From: Berkelbacteria bacterium GW2011_GWE1_39_12
Lineage (GTDB): Bacteria > Patescibacteriota > UBA1384 > UBA12157
NCBI GenBank assembly: GCA_001029735.1
Contig: CP011213.1
Location: forward strand, 720,298 to 784,297
Length of the DNA: 64,000 nt
Direction: 5' to 3'
Shown: positions 47,068 through 57,551 of the stretch, one piece after another
Position numbering within the stretch: position 1 is the first letter of the stretch
Layout of the letters: each line of letters begins with the position of its first letter
Program-made: the position numbers and the translations under genes
Notes under the pieces: model-generated
Told to the model about the DNA's origin: nothing
What the model saw: the letters and a program-made list of their open reading frames with translations, nothing else
The model's database searches: none

Positions 47068-48414
47068 ATGGGAGTAATTAGTCGAGGTGTCAAAAATGCT
47101 TTTAGAAACGGCGTTCGGACAACCTCAATCATTTTTATCTTGGCATTATCGATCGCAATGAGCTTGATAATGCTTTTAGCCTTAAAAACTGTTGATGCAA
47201 AGATTTCATCGGTAAAAGGGTCAATTGGGAACACAATCACAATTAGCCCCGCCGGTGTGCGTGGATTTGAAGGCGGAGGAACACTGTTAACAGATGCAAA
47301 CGTAACAGATGTAAAAGGGTTGTCGCATGTTGTTTCTACTATTGGAGTACTATCGGATCGATTAGAAAGCGCTAGTACAAATTTAATATCATCAATTGAG
47401 CCTGGTGAATTTGGCAATCGTCAGAAAAGACAAGAAAATAGCTCAGTCAGCTCAAATAATACTAGTGCGAATCAAAGTTTTACTATGCCAGTCATGGTTT
47501 CGGCAACTAGTGACATCAATTCTCTTTCCAGCTTAAATGTTAGTGAGCTAACTTTAACAAGTGGAGATAAAATTGATGCTAGTTCATCGGAAAATATTGC
47601 AATGCTTGGAAAAGATTTAGCATCTAAAAATGGTCTTTCAGTTGGGTCAACTTTTAAAGCCTATGATCAAGATATTAAAGTTGTCGGTATTTACGATACT
47701 GGAAATACTTTTACCAATGGTTCTGTTCTTATGCCACTTAAAACCTTGCAGAATCTTTCTAGCCAAACAGGGCAAGTTAATCAAATAGTTGTCACTACTG
47801 ATTCAATCGATAATCTTTCCAGCGTTGAGACGGCAATCAAAGATAAAATTGGTTCTGACAAGGTCGACGTAGTCTCATCCCAAGACCAATCACAAAACGC
47901 AGTTACGCCATTGGAAAATATCAAAACAATTTCCACTTATAGTTTAGTTGGATCGATCATTGCTGGATCAATTATTATTTTGCTTACAATGGTTATGATT
48001 GTACGTGAGAGACGAAGAGAAATCGGTGTTTTGAAAGCGATTGGTTCTTCTAATACCAAAATAATGGCGCAGTTTATTTCTGAAGCCTTAACTTTGACTT
48101 TGATTAGCAGTCTAGCCGGAATAATTTTAGGCTTGATCTTTTCAAATCCTGTTTTAAAAATCATGGTGACAAACACTGAATCATCGGTCAGCACAGGTGG
48201 GCCAGGACGTGTAATGGGTGGTGGCGGTGGAGCTATGATGCTAAAAATAGGCAATGGTACTGGTAACGCTTTGCGTGAAATGCACGCCGTTATTGGTTGG
48301 GACATTATCCTTTATGGCTTTTTAGCGGCTATAATCATCGCTATTATCGGCAGTGCGATCCCATCATTTCTAATATCAAAAGTAAGGCCAGCCGAAGTAA
48401 TGCGGGCAGAATAG
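47068..48414 (+). CDS. MacB/FtsX-type ABC transporter permease with large extracytoplasmic domain
   Basis: TM1, ~250-aa periplasmic domain, C-terminal 3-TM FtsX module. Confidence 0.8.
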   Translation: MGVISRGVKNAFRNGVRTTSIIFILALSIAMSLIMLLALKTVDAKISSVKGSIGNTITISPAGVRGFEGGGTLLTDANVTDVKGLSHVVSTIGVLSDRLESASTNLISSIEPGEFGNRQKRQENSSVSSNNTSANQSFTMPVMVSATSDINSLSSLNVSELTLTSGDKIDASSSENIAMLGKDLASKNGLSVGSTFKAYDQDIKVVGIYDTGNTFTNGSVLMPLKTLQNLSSQTGQVNQIVVTTDSIDNLSSVETAIKDKIGSDKVDVVSSQDQSQNAVTPLENIKTISTYSLVGSIIAGSIIILLTMVMIVRERRREIGVLKAIGSSNTKIMAQFISEALTLTLISSLAGIILGLIFSNPVLKIMVTNTESSVSTGGPGRVMGGGGGAMMLKIGNGTGNALREMHAVIGWDIILYGFLAAIIIAIIGSAIPSFLISKVRPAEVMRAE

Positions 48415-48431
48415 AAAATTAAAGGATAAAT

Positions 48432-49097
48432 ATGTTAAAAGTAAATAAATTAACTAAAGTTTTCTTATCGGCGGACAATAAAGTTTCAGCTGTTAAAGAC
48501 GTTTCAATGGATGTGCCTGATGGAGTATTTAGTACGATTGTCGGAAAATCAGGTAGCGGTAAAAGTACGTTACTGTCTCTTTTAGGCGCGCTGGATAAGC
48601 CGACATCGGGGAGTATTGAGGTTGGCGGTGAAGACGTGACCAGAATGGGGGATAGTAAATTAATAAAATATCGTCGTGATAAAATTGGTTTTATTTTCCA
48701 AAATTATAATTTAATTCCTAATCTGACGGCATTGGAAAACGTGACGCTGCCAATGGAATTCGCTGGAATTAAAAAAGAAGAAAGAATTAAAAGAGCAGAA
48801 AGTTTATTAAAGCAAGTTGGATTAGACTTAGCTAAACAAAACCGCAAACCGGGCCGACTTTCTGGTGGGGAGCAGCAGCGCGTGGCGATTGCACGGGCTC
48901 TGGCCAATAAGCCAAAATTAATTTTAGCCGATGAGCCGACTGGTAATTTGGATTCTGCCACCGGTAAAATCATCATTGATTTATTGAAGGATTTGGCTCG
49001 AACGGAAAATACGACCATTGTGGCCGTGACGCACGACGAAGGTATCGCTAAGCAAGCAAAAATTACCTTTACGTTAAAAGATGGTCGATTGGTATAA
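48432..49097 (+). CDS. ABC transporter ATP-binding protein (MacB/LolD-like)
   Basis: [35 protein letters not shown]. Confidence 0.9.
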   Translation: MLKVNKLTKVFLSADNKVSAVKDVSMDVPDGVFSTIVGKSGSGKSTLLSLLGALDKPTSGSIEVGGEDVTRMGDSKLIKYRRDKIGFIFQNYNLIPNLTALENVTLPMEFAGIKKEERIKRAESLLKQVGLDLAKQNRKPGRLSGGEQQRVAIARALANKPKLILADEPTGNLDSATGKIIIDLLKDLARTENTTIVAVTHDEGIAKQAKITFTLKDGRLV

Positions 49098-49104
49098 TAA
49101 AAAA

Positions 49105-49764
49105 TTAGTACAGAGAAAGCGGATTTATCCAGCCGGAAAGGTCCGCTTTTTTTGATACATAACCTTTAATATCAAGTCGAGTATCGGTTAAAATGGCAAA
49201 ATGAAGATGTCGTCGTTCGCCGTTAGTTTCATTACTGTAGCCTGTGCCAAGCAAAGCAATTTGCTGACCTTTGGAAAAAGTTGTGCCAACCCTTGGTAAT
49301 GATGCTGGTCGAATATGGCCATATAAAACGCTATGTTTTTTTTCGTTCATTTCTGTTTCTAAAATAAAAACTCCACCATAACCAGAAGCGTATTGGGAAA
49401 AAGTGATTTTACCATCATTCACTGCAAATACAGGGACGTCGGTTTTTGCATCTTCGTATTCAGCATCTGCACCGGTATGATAACCGGTAAATCTTTCTGG
49501 CTGAATCGGTGAGTTTTGGGGTGTACTATAAATACCAAATGGCTTTTTTGTCACGCGGGCTTTGAAATTAGCTACAGGTTCAGCTAGTGAAGAAGTTTTT
49601 AGGGACTCTGTAGAATCCGGCAACGTTGGTTGAAAATCTGTTTGAGTGATAGGTTCTGAGTTATTAGTTTTAGGTAAAAATTGAAATTTAAAAAAGATCA
49701 ACCCGCCGATAATTAAATAAATTAAAACTAAAAATATTGATTTATTTCTTTTCATGATTGCCAA
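49105..49764 (-). CDS. M23-family metallopeptidase (complete HxxxD and HLH motifs), membrane-anchored
   Basis: GYHTGAD ... ERRHLHFAI. Confidence 0.8.
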   Translation of the reverse strand: MAIMKRNKSIFLVLIYLIIGGLIFFKFQFLPKTNNSEPITQTDFQPTLPDSTESLKTSSLAEPVANFKARVTKKPFGIYSTPQNSPIQPERFTGYHTGADAEYEDAKTDVPVFAVNDGKITFSQYASGYGGVFILETEMNEKKHSVLYGHIRPASLPRVGTTFSKGQQIALLGTGYSNETNGERRHLHFAILTDTRLDIKGYVSKKADLSGWINPLSLY

Positions 49765-49773
49765 TTATATCAT

Positions 49774-50859
49774 ATGAAAATACTATTTTTGCTGTTTTAT
49801 TACCAAAGAACTACAATTGTATTAATGAAAAAAGAACGATCCAAAATCTTATTTACCTTTTTTTACTTTTTTTCCAGCGTCATAATTGTGGCTCTTGGAG
49901 TTTTTATATTTTCACCAGAAAAAGCTTTAATTAAAAACCTGGACACAGCTCCTAAGCGAGCGACTGAAAAAACTTTTAATTTTATTATTGGTGGAGATGT
50001 AATGCTTGGCCGAGCGGTGGCTTGGCATTTCGATAACGATGTTACGAAGGCTTTTGAAAATCTACCTGCAGAAATTTTTGCAGATAAGGATTTGGCAATG
50101 GTAAATCTTGAAGGACCAATTTCAAGTGAAAATATTAAACCAGATCCGACGGCAAATAATTTCACATTTAATTTTCCTGTTAACTCTATTAACACCTTAA
50201 ATTATCTTAATCTAAACGCGGTAAGTCTTGGTAATAATCATTCTGAAAATCAGGGTTCTGCTGGATTAAATACAACGAGGGATTTGTTAGCAAAAAATGA
50301 TATTGTCGCAATTGGCAGTGAAAAAAACTTTGACGACAATTCTGTTTCAGAATTCAAAGGGAGCGGAATTAACCTCTCCGTAATAACTATTAATACTCTA
50401 GCAAGTAAGGATGATTTAACTGCATCAATCGAAAAAGAAAAAGCTAGAGGAAATTTAGTAATGGTATTTCCGCATTGGGGCAATGAATATCAGTCAACTC
50501 ATTCATCAAGCCAGCAGCAATTGGCTCGTAGTTGGATTGACGCTGGCGCCGACATTATTATCGGGTCACATCCACACGTTTTGCAAGATGCAGAAATTTA
50601 CAATAATAAATTAATTTTTTATTCGCTCGGTAATTTAATTTTTGATCAAAATTTTTCGGAGGAAACTCAAAGAGGCATGATACTTGCTGGAAAATTTGTA
50701 AATGAAGAAGTGGAAATTACCTTTTTGCCAACTAAAATCGCAAAATACCAAGTATCTCTTTTGCAAGAAAAAGAAAAAGAATTATCAATTGCTATTTACC
50801 GCAGATACCTTGGAGAAAAATATTTCATCAATAAAGATACAATAACTATTAACCAATAA
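49774..50859 (+). CDS. CapA-family metallophosphatase-like protein (poly-gamma-glutamate capsule synthesis family)
   Basis: FIIGGDVMLGR, LGNNHSENQG, GSHPHVLQ. Confidence 0.75.
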   Translation: MKILFLLFYYQRTTIVLMKKERSKILFTFFYFFSSVIIVALGVFIFSPEKALIKNLDTAPKRATEKTFNFIIGGDVMLGRAVAWHFDNDVTKAFENLPAEIFADKDLAMVNLEGPISSENIKPDPTANNFTFNFPVNSINTLNYLNLNAVSLGNNHSENQGSAGLNTTRDLLAKNDIVAIGSEKNFDDNSVSEFKGSGINLSVITINTLASKDDLTASIEKEKARGNLVMVFPHWGNEYQSTHSSSQQQLARSWIDAGADIIIGSHPHVLQDAEIYNNKLIFYSLGNLIFDQNFSEETQRGMILAGKFVNEEVEITFLPTKIAKYQVSLLQEKEKELSIAIYRRYLGEKYFINKDTITINQ

Positions 50860-50919
50860 ATATTGTATTATGCATGAGTTTAAGTTAAATTAATATAGAG
50901 ATGAAGATTAGGAGGGGAC

Positions 50920-53900
50920 GTGCGTAAGCCTTCCGGGAATTATTTAAATTATATCTATTTCATAGCTGGACTAGTGATTATTGGTCTGTCAGTTTTTTTG
51001 TGGCCAAGAGGAACAAAAGCTAGTATTCCGACCTTTGGTACTCCGACAGCTAACAAGACAGTATTGAATAAATATGAAATGTTTGAACTGACCATACCGT
51101 TGAGTGCAACCTACGATAATCCATTTAGAGCAAGTGCAACCAATGAAACTTTTGTTGATGGTAATCAGACACAATCAGGATATGGTATTACTTTAGATGC
51201 ATATATTCAGCTTCCACTCAAGGATGGAGTGTCTAAAACCATAAAAGTGCCAGGCTTCTATAATGTTGATTATAAAACTCCGATGGCTGATAATCCAAAT
51301 AATACTAATAATACTTTTGCGGTAAACTCTGGCTGGCGCTGGAATATACGTTACGCAGGTTCAGAAGCGGGGACCTACAAATACTATCTCAAGGTGGTGG
51401 ATAAAAATGGATCTACCTGTTATCCGACTAATTGCTCGCCTAGTTCTAGTACTCAATTTCTAGTCGGTAGCACGCCTGATCCGAAGACTCCGCACGGATT
51501 TGTTCGAAAAAGTACAAAAAACCCTGGGTTTTTTGAATATGACGATGGCACCCCTTTTGTTCAAATAGGCTCTCAGATGGATGCGTTCGATATTTACAAA
51601 TACCCGACTTTGGCAGCTAATGGATTTAATTTTAGTCGTACTTGGTTGACAAATGGAGCCCAGTCATCGATTTTTCGTAATACTACTCCGGCTATTTGGA
51701 GAGCGGGAGTAAAAGATAATGAAGAAACCTATGTCGGTTATCGACACTATTCTACTGATGCGAAAAAGACGGGTAAATTTGGATTAAAAACTGCGGTTGG
51801 CCCAAATCCAAGCTTCTCAAAGACTACTACATTAGCACCTTCTGGCACAATTTTATCGTCGCAAAACAATATAGGGGCTCTCCCAAGTACTTGCTATACT
51901 GCTTCCGCTTGGGTTAAAACTGCTAATAGCTTCAATGGAACTCTTACATTTAGCGCGGCAACTGACGGTCGTAGCCCAATACGAGTTAATAGTCAGTCTT
52001 TGACCGGTGTTAAGGACTGGACCGAACTAACCGTTGGTCCATTTAAGACACCAAGCGATGCAAATCATATCAGTATCACTTCCCAATTAAATTCTTCCGC
52101 TAAAGGTGATGTGTATATGGATGATGTTGCTTTATTTCAAACCACACAAAGTAATGGTGTTTGCAGTAATACTCATGCTTACGCTCCCAATGAAGTCAAT
52201 CTTCTTTGGGATCCAGGATATGAATATGGAAATCCAATGGGAAATCCCAGTGTGCTATTTATGGAAAATTTGGGTCGTTTTGAGTACATTGTCAAACAAG
52301 CAGAAGTAAACGGCGTAGTGCTGCAACCTTGTATTTTTGATTACAAGGTTTGGGGGAACTATTCTGGGGATAAATCAAACTGGGCAGCTTTTTACGGAAG
52401 TGTTGACGGAGATGCAAATATATACAGTAATTTTTGGAAAACAGATACGAATGAGTTCAAAAGTCAACAATATGCATTGAGATATTTGATTGCTCGCTAT
52501 GGCTACTCACCGGCGATTGGTTTTTGGGAGTTAACTAACGAGATGTATAGAGTTGATAAGGCTACTAATTCGGATGCTCCTGATCATCTTGTTTGGGTAA
52601 ATGCAATTGGTGATTACTTAAAATCAATCGATTACAATAATAGACTGATGACAAACTCTTACAATAACGGTTATGATTACACAACTTTTGCCGATCCAGC
52701 AAAGACTGGTATAGAGATTTACTCAAGACATAATTATATTTATGACGAGACAACTCATAAGCAAGGACGCGACGAAATAACTTATGCAATAAACACTTTT
52801 AGATACTTTAAAGAAAATGGTTATGGCAACACCTTATTAACTACCCTTCTCGGGCTTGGTGGCGAATATGGCGTTGTTTCAAATCTGAACGGCCAGCACA
52901 ATAGTCATTGGGTTGATGTGTCTGAAGGCTATGTGGCAAAGGAAGGATTGACGCCTACTCAGGCTAGTGTGTATTGCCAGTCAGACGGCACAAATTGCGA
53001 CAATACTGGCATTGTTTTTCATAATACTTTATGGGCATCTGCAATTTTGCAGGGTTTTAAAAATGTTCATAATGTCTTTTCTGGCGAGCTACTATTTAAT
53101 AATGTTTATGGTGATAAATGGATAGCTCAAGCAAAGGGAGTATCTTATTTTTCAAAAAAATTACCTTTTTATAATTCCAGCGCTCAAATATTAGCAACGC
53201 CAGATATAGCCGACGTTAATGCTACTAGCCTAATGGATTTAGTTAACGGTTCAACGATTAGCGTAGTTCAACCTACTTCTAGTAATGCAAACATTAGGGC
53301 TTTTGGTAGAAAATCAGGTGAACAAGCGTTTTTGTGGGTTCAAAACGCCCACAATATTTGGGGCGATCGAATTCAGCAAAAACAAAGCATTAGTAATGTC
53401 AGCGGTGATTTAACTATTCCTGGTTTTACGGCGAATAAACAATTTACCGTGTCTTACTATAATACATATAATGCTAGAGTAACTCGTACGGCAACAGTTA
53501 ATTCGGATTCGACTGGTAAAATTAAGTTAACGAGTTCTGTTTCGGGGGGAATTGCTGGTATAGTTTTAGGGACAGATACAAATGCTATAAACAATACTGA
53601 TAGTCGTCCTGATGTCGCTATTATTATCACACCAACATCATCAATAAAGCCAATTGTAAACTTAGTGAAAACAGTTAGCAATACTCAAGCCGACGCTGGC
53701 AGTTTGATTACTTACACAATCAAAGCAAAGAATAACGGCAATGATTTTGCGCAAAATGTGATTGTATCAGATTCGATCGATAGTTCGAAAGTCGAGTTTA
53801 TATCTGCTTCCGATGGTGGAGATTTTAGTAATAATCGAATCAGCTGGAACTTCGGGCTAGCAGTCGGTGAAGAAAAAACAAGAAGTTTTATTGTGAAAAT

Positions 53901-54354
53901 AAAAGAGATTAGCGGTTTGATTCAACTTTTAGGAAATACACCAGTCGTGTTTGAAGCCGAAGATAGTCGTGGATCTTTAAATGGGTCTATGTCAAAAGGC
54001 GATGATTCTATAGCTTCGGCAGGTAAGTATCTTCATGTTCCCAATGACCAGGCAGATGATAGTGGCTCTGTTTCTTATAATTTAGATGCCACGTCGAACC
54101 CTGGTACTTACTATCTTTGTGTTAATACCTATTGGATAGATACAGCTGGTAATTCACTTTCTATAAGTTTAGATAGCGACCTTAGTAAAGTCAGGCTTGG
54201 TAATGAGGAAACGAATTACAATCAATGGATGTGGCGTCAATTTGGTCAAGCCTTGGAACTTTCTGGTGTCCATACTCTTACAATCCATGGTCGTGAATCT
54301 GGCGCTCGCTTTGATCAGATTAAAATAACTAAGAGTTCGAATTGTTTGCAATAA
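50920..54354 (+). CDS. giant (1144 aa) membrane-anchored secreted protein: GH5-like TIM-barrel region, DUF11 repeat domain, C-terminal beta-rich domain
   Basis: GTG start with AGGAGG RBS; GFNFSRTWLTNG and IGFWELTNEM (GH5-like NEP acid/base block); DUF11-like VKTVSNTQADAGSLITYTIKAKNNGNDFAQNVIVSDSID. Confidence 0.7.
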   Translation: MRKPSGNYLNYIYFIAGLVIIGLSVFLWPRGTKASIPTFGTPTANKTVLNKYEMFELTIPLSATYDNPFRASATNETFVDGNQTQSGYGITLDAYIQLPLKDGVSKTIKVPGFYNVDYKTPMADNPNNTNNTFAVNSGWRWNIRYAGSEAGTYKYYLKVVDKNGSTCYPTNCSPSSSTQFLVGSTPDPKTPHGFVRKSTKNPGFFEYDDGTPFVQIGSQMDAFDIYKYPTLAANGFNFSRTWLTNGAQSSIFRNTTPAIWRAGVKDNEETYVGYRHYSTDAKKTGKFGLKTAVGPNPSFSKTTTLAPSGTILSSQNNIGALPSTCYTASAWVKTANSFNGTLTFSAATDGRSPIRVNSQSLTGVKDWTELTVGPFKTPSDANHISITSQLNSSAKGDVYMDDVALFQTTQSNGVCSNTHAYAPNEVNLLWDPGYEYGNPMGNPSVLFMENLGRFEYIVKQAEVNGVVLQPCIFDYKVWGNYSGDKSNWAAFYGSVDGDANIYSNFWKTDTNEFKSQQYALRYLIARYGYSPAIGFWELTNEMYRVDKATNSDAPDHLVWVNAIGDYLKSIDYNNRLMTNSYNNGYDYTTFADPAKTGIEIYSRHNYIYDETTHKQGRDEITYAINTFRYFKENGYGNTLLTTLLGLGGEYGVVSNLNGQHNSHWVDVSEGYVAKEGLTPTQASVYCQSDGTNCDNTGIVFHNTLWASAILQGFKNVHNVFSGELLFNNVYGDKWIAQAKGVSYFSKKLPFYNSSAQILATPDIADVNATSLMDLVNGSTISVVQPTSSNANIRAFGRKSGEQAFLWVQNAHNIWGDRIQQKQSISNVSGDLTIPGFTANKQFTVSYYNTYNARVTRTATVNSDSTGKIKLTSSVSGGIAGIVLGTDTNAINNTDSRPDVAIIITPTSSIKPIVNLVKTVSNTQADAGSLITYTIKAKNNGNDFAQNVIVSDSIDSSKVEFISASDGGDFSNNRISWNFGLAVGEEKTRSFIVKIKEISGLIQLLGNTPVVFEAEDSRGSLNGSMSKGDDSIASAGKYLHVPNDQADDSGSVSYNLDATSNPGTYYLCVNTYWIDTAGNSLSISLDSDLSKVRLGNEETNYNQWMWRQFGQALELSGVHTLTIHGRESGARFDQIKITKSSNCLQ

Positions 54355-54358
54355 TTTT

Positions 54359-57300
54359 ATGAAAAAAATGATGAAAAAAATCTCGTTCCGAAACTTTATT
54401 ACAACTTTATTGGTTACTGGTTGTGTTTTTTCCTTTTTTTTAGTTCAAAGACTAGATCAAAGTAATATTAATGTATCGGCTGATGCAGTGCCCGGTGCTT
54501 TAAAGGTTGACACAGCTAATCCGCACTACTTTATTGATGCCAATGGGAAGCGAGTTTTTCTTTTAGGGTCCACTGCTTATAAATTTTCGAACATGAATGT
54601 ATCAGACCAGGAAATATATTCGGAAATTGATGTCCTTTTAGGCAGTAGCTCTACAACCGATGATGACATGAATTATCTTCGAATTTGGAACTTGAGACCA
54701 TGGGATGCTAAAGGAGACGTGCGGTTCCCTTGGTTGCAAACTGGCGCATCTTATTCTTCAGATTATAAATTTGATTTGACTAGATGGGATGAAACCTACT
54801 GGTCTAGAATGAAAAAAATGGTTAGTTATGCACAAAGCAGGGGTGTTTATGTAAATATATTTCCTTTTGATGAATGTGGTATGGAAGGTTCTCTAGATGG
54901 AAAAGAAGAAATGTGGAAAAGACATCCTTATCACCCATATAACAACAGCAATAATCTTGGTCTTTTAACCAATACAGCGACGCCTATTGATGGTAGTAAT
55001 AGTATTTATGATCCGTGGGGCAATGGTAAATTAAATACTTTAGAAACGGTGCAGAAAGCGTATTTTACCAAACTCCTTAATGAGCTAGCGCCATATAATA
55101 ATGTTATGTTTGAGGTGGTAAACGAGTATCAAAGAGGGGGTGAAACATGGGAAGCTCAAGTTGCGGATTACCTAAAAACAGGAATGGAATCACGAAACCA
55201 AACAAATTCCACATACTGGAAGACTCAAATAGTGACTGTTAATCATATCCTAGCGGCAGAGGCACATGACTATCAGTGGACCGATCCAAATATCGCTGGT
55301 TATAACTTTCATAAAACAATTAATAAAAGTGATGGTAAATATCTTGCTAATGCAAAAATTAATGCTTTGGCCGAGTATATGAGTTCTTATTACTCTAAGA
55401 ATAAAGTAATTAATTGCAATGAATGTTCTCATCTAAGTAAATATATTGATATGAGAAAAATTGGTATGGGAATGTTTGTTCTAGGTGGTTATGTCTCCTT
55501 TGACGACTCCACCGATGCCATTACTCCGGTTGCCAATAAAATTCATAAGTTTATTCGTGGTGTAACTGTTCCAGGAGATAGTCGAAAAGGCGTTAAATTT
55601 TGGGAAATGAAGCCAAATAATACTTATTTCAGGGCGGTTGGTTCTTCTGTTTACATTAAGTCGACTCCAAGTGGCAGTTCTACCGGATACACTTTAGCTA
55701 ATCCTGGCCGAGAATATGTTGTTTTTCTAGATGGCTATGGATCATCTAATGGTGTTTTGGGAATTGATTTATCAGGGTTGCCTACTGGTATGGAATATAA
55801 AGCTGTTGCTTACAACACGGATCCGGCTGTTACCACAAATGAGTACACAAATCTTTCAGTATCATACAACGGCGTTTCCAGCCAAATTAACGGTATACCA
55901 TCATTTGGCTCAAGCTCACTTAGCTCTAGCCAGGTGGTTTATATCAGAGCGATTCAGGTAGATCAAGCTTATCAAACGTCGATTATCAATGAAACTACTT
56001 TACAAGTTAAAAGTTCGGAGCCAGAACCGTTTGCGCTAACTCATTTGCAGCAAGGGAGCCAGGTTTATACAGATAGGGATCAATACAATTACTCAATTAC
56101 CACAATACCAGCCGAGCTTTCTGGATTAAATACGGATTGGATTAACACAGCTAATAATGACAAATCGAATGTGACGAATCCTTTTATAACATTCCAAGTA
56201 AAAACCGCCGGATATGTTTACATTATCTATGATGTTAATCAGTCGCCGCCCGCCTGGTTAGCCGGCTGGGAACTAAGAACAGATCGTTTTGCAAGAAATA
56301 GTACCTCAGGAAGCCCGACTGAATATAAGCTCTTTAGAAAGTATTTCGCTAACGGTTCAAATGTAAGTTTGGGACCAAATGTGTCATCTGGTACCGGTAG
56401 CAATATGTATCTTGTTGCGGCTTACCCGGCAGCACAACCTAATATAAAGATAACCAAGACCATTTTGTCTAATAGTGTATCTGTCGGAGATAATATTGAA
56501 TACACTCTGTTGATAAAAAACGAAGGCGTCGCTCCGGCCTTAAATATTAATGTAAGTGATCCAATTGATCTAAATAAGGTCAGATTTAAGTCCGCTGACA
56601 ATAATGGTAGTTATGACGCTACTAATAAAGTTGTTAAATGGAGCATTTCTAAGCTTGAGGCTGGTCAAGTGATATCCCTGAAATTGGTCGTTACGACCGA
56701 TCTTCAACCGTCGGTCACTCTGGTTGGGGCTGGAGATATTGCTTATTCTGGTTATGTGATGGATAAAACAGCAAATTTAATCGATAATATTTCCGGAACT
56801 GTTTTTACAGCCGGCGATAATAACCAAAGCAATACTGCTGATTACGCGACAAAAATGCAGGAATACGTTAACTATTTTACCCCCACTTGGGGAAGGTTCA
56901 TCAATCGTTTAAAGCCAGCCATGGGTAATCATGATTATTTGAACCCAGGTGCCTATTATGATTATTTTGGTTCTGCAGCCGGTCCTGTAAACAAAGGCTA
57001 CTATAGCTATAATTTGGGTGCCTGGCATATTATTGTTTTAAATAGCAACATAGAGCAAAGTCAGGGATCCACTCAGGAGCAATGGTTAAAAAATGATTTG
57101 GCCAATAATACCAATCTTTGCACTATGGCAATTTGGCATCATCCCAGATTTAGTTCCGGTGTACATGGTAATAACTCAAATGTTGGCACTTTTTGGCAGG
57201 ATTTGTATAGCGCCGGCGCAGAAGTCGTCGTAAATGGGCATGACCATGATTACGAAAGATTTGCCCCGCAAAAACCTGATCAAACTAGAGATGACGCTAG

Positions 57301-57496
57301 CGGTATCAGAGAATTTGTTGCCGGGACTGGTGGGGCTCCTAATAGATCGTTCGGCACTATTCAGTCAAATAGCGAAGTTCGAAAATTAAATCATGGTGTT
57401 CTTAAGTTTGATCTGTATTCAAATAAATATGATTGGCAGTTTATTCATATTGACGACGGAGCGGTTTACGATTCTGGCACGACAAATTGTCATTAA
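54359..57496 (+). CDS. giant (1045 aa) secreted protein: GH5-like region, DUF11 domain, C-terminal purple-acid-phosphatase/calcineurin-like metallophosphoesterase
   Basis: MFEVVNEYQRG; DUF11-like ITKTILSNSVSVGDNIEYTLLIKNEGVAPALNINVSDPID; phosphatase motifs AGDNNQSNTADY, AMGNHDY, IWHHPRF, VNGHDHDYERF. Confidence 0.7.
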   Translation: MKKMMKKISFRNFITTLLVTGCVFSFFLVQRLDQSNINVSADAVPGALKVDTANPHYFIDANGKRVFLLGSTAYKFSNMNVSDQEIYSEIDVLLGSSSTTDDDMNYLRIWNLRPWDAKGDVRFPWLQTGASYSSDYKFDLTRWDETYWSRMKKMVSYAQSRGVYVNIFPFDECGMEGSLDGKEEMWKRHPYHPYNNSNNLGLLTNTATPIDGSNSIYDPWGNGKLNTLETVQKAYFTKLLNELAPYNNVMFEVVNEYQRGGETWEAQVADYLKTGMESRNQTNSTYWKTQIVTVNHILAAEAHDYQWTDPNIAGYNFHKTINKSDGKYLANAKINALAEYMSSYYSKNKVINCNECSHLSKYIDMRKIGMGMFVLGGYVSFDDSTDAITPVANKIHKFIRGVTVPGDSRKGVKFWEMKPNNTYFRAVGSSVYIKSTPSGSSTGYTLANPGREYVVFLDGYGSSNGVLGIDLSGLPTGMEYKAVAYNTDPAVTTNEYTNLSVSYNGVSSQINGIPSFGSSSLSSSQVVYIRAIQVDQAYQTSIINETTLQVKSSEPEPFALTHLQQGSQVYTDRDQYNYSITTIPAELSGLNTDWINTANNDKSNVTNPFITFQVKTAGYVYIIYDVNQSPPAWLAGWELRTDRFARNSTSGSPTEYKLFRKYFANGSNVSLGPNVSSGTGSNMYLVAAYPAAQPNIKITKTILSNSVSVGDNIEYTLLIKNEGVAPALNINVSDPIDLNKVRFKSADNNGSYDATNKVVKWSISKLEAGQVISLKLVVTTDLQPSVTLVGAGDIAYSGYVMDKTANLIDNISGTVFTAGDNNQSNTADYATKMQEYVNYFTPTWGRFINRLKPAMGNHDYLNPGAYYDYFGSAAGPVNKGYYSYNLGAWHIIVLNSNIEQSQGSTQEQWLKNDLANNTNLCTMAIWHHPRFSSGVHGNNSNVGTFWQDLYSAGAEVVVNGHDHDYERFAPQKPDQTRDDASGIREFVAGTGGAPNRSFGTIQSNSEVRKLNHGVLKFDLYSNKYDWQFIHIDDGAVYDSGTTNCH

Positions 57497-57551
57497 TACT
57501 TTTGTTGAGAAAGATATTCGGTAGAGTAAAGATCTATGGTATAGTGTTCAT

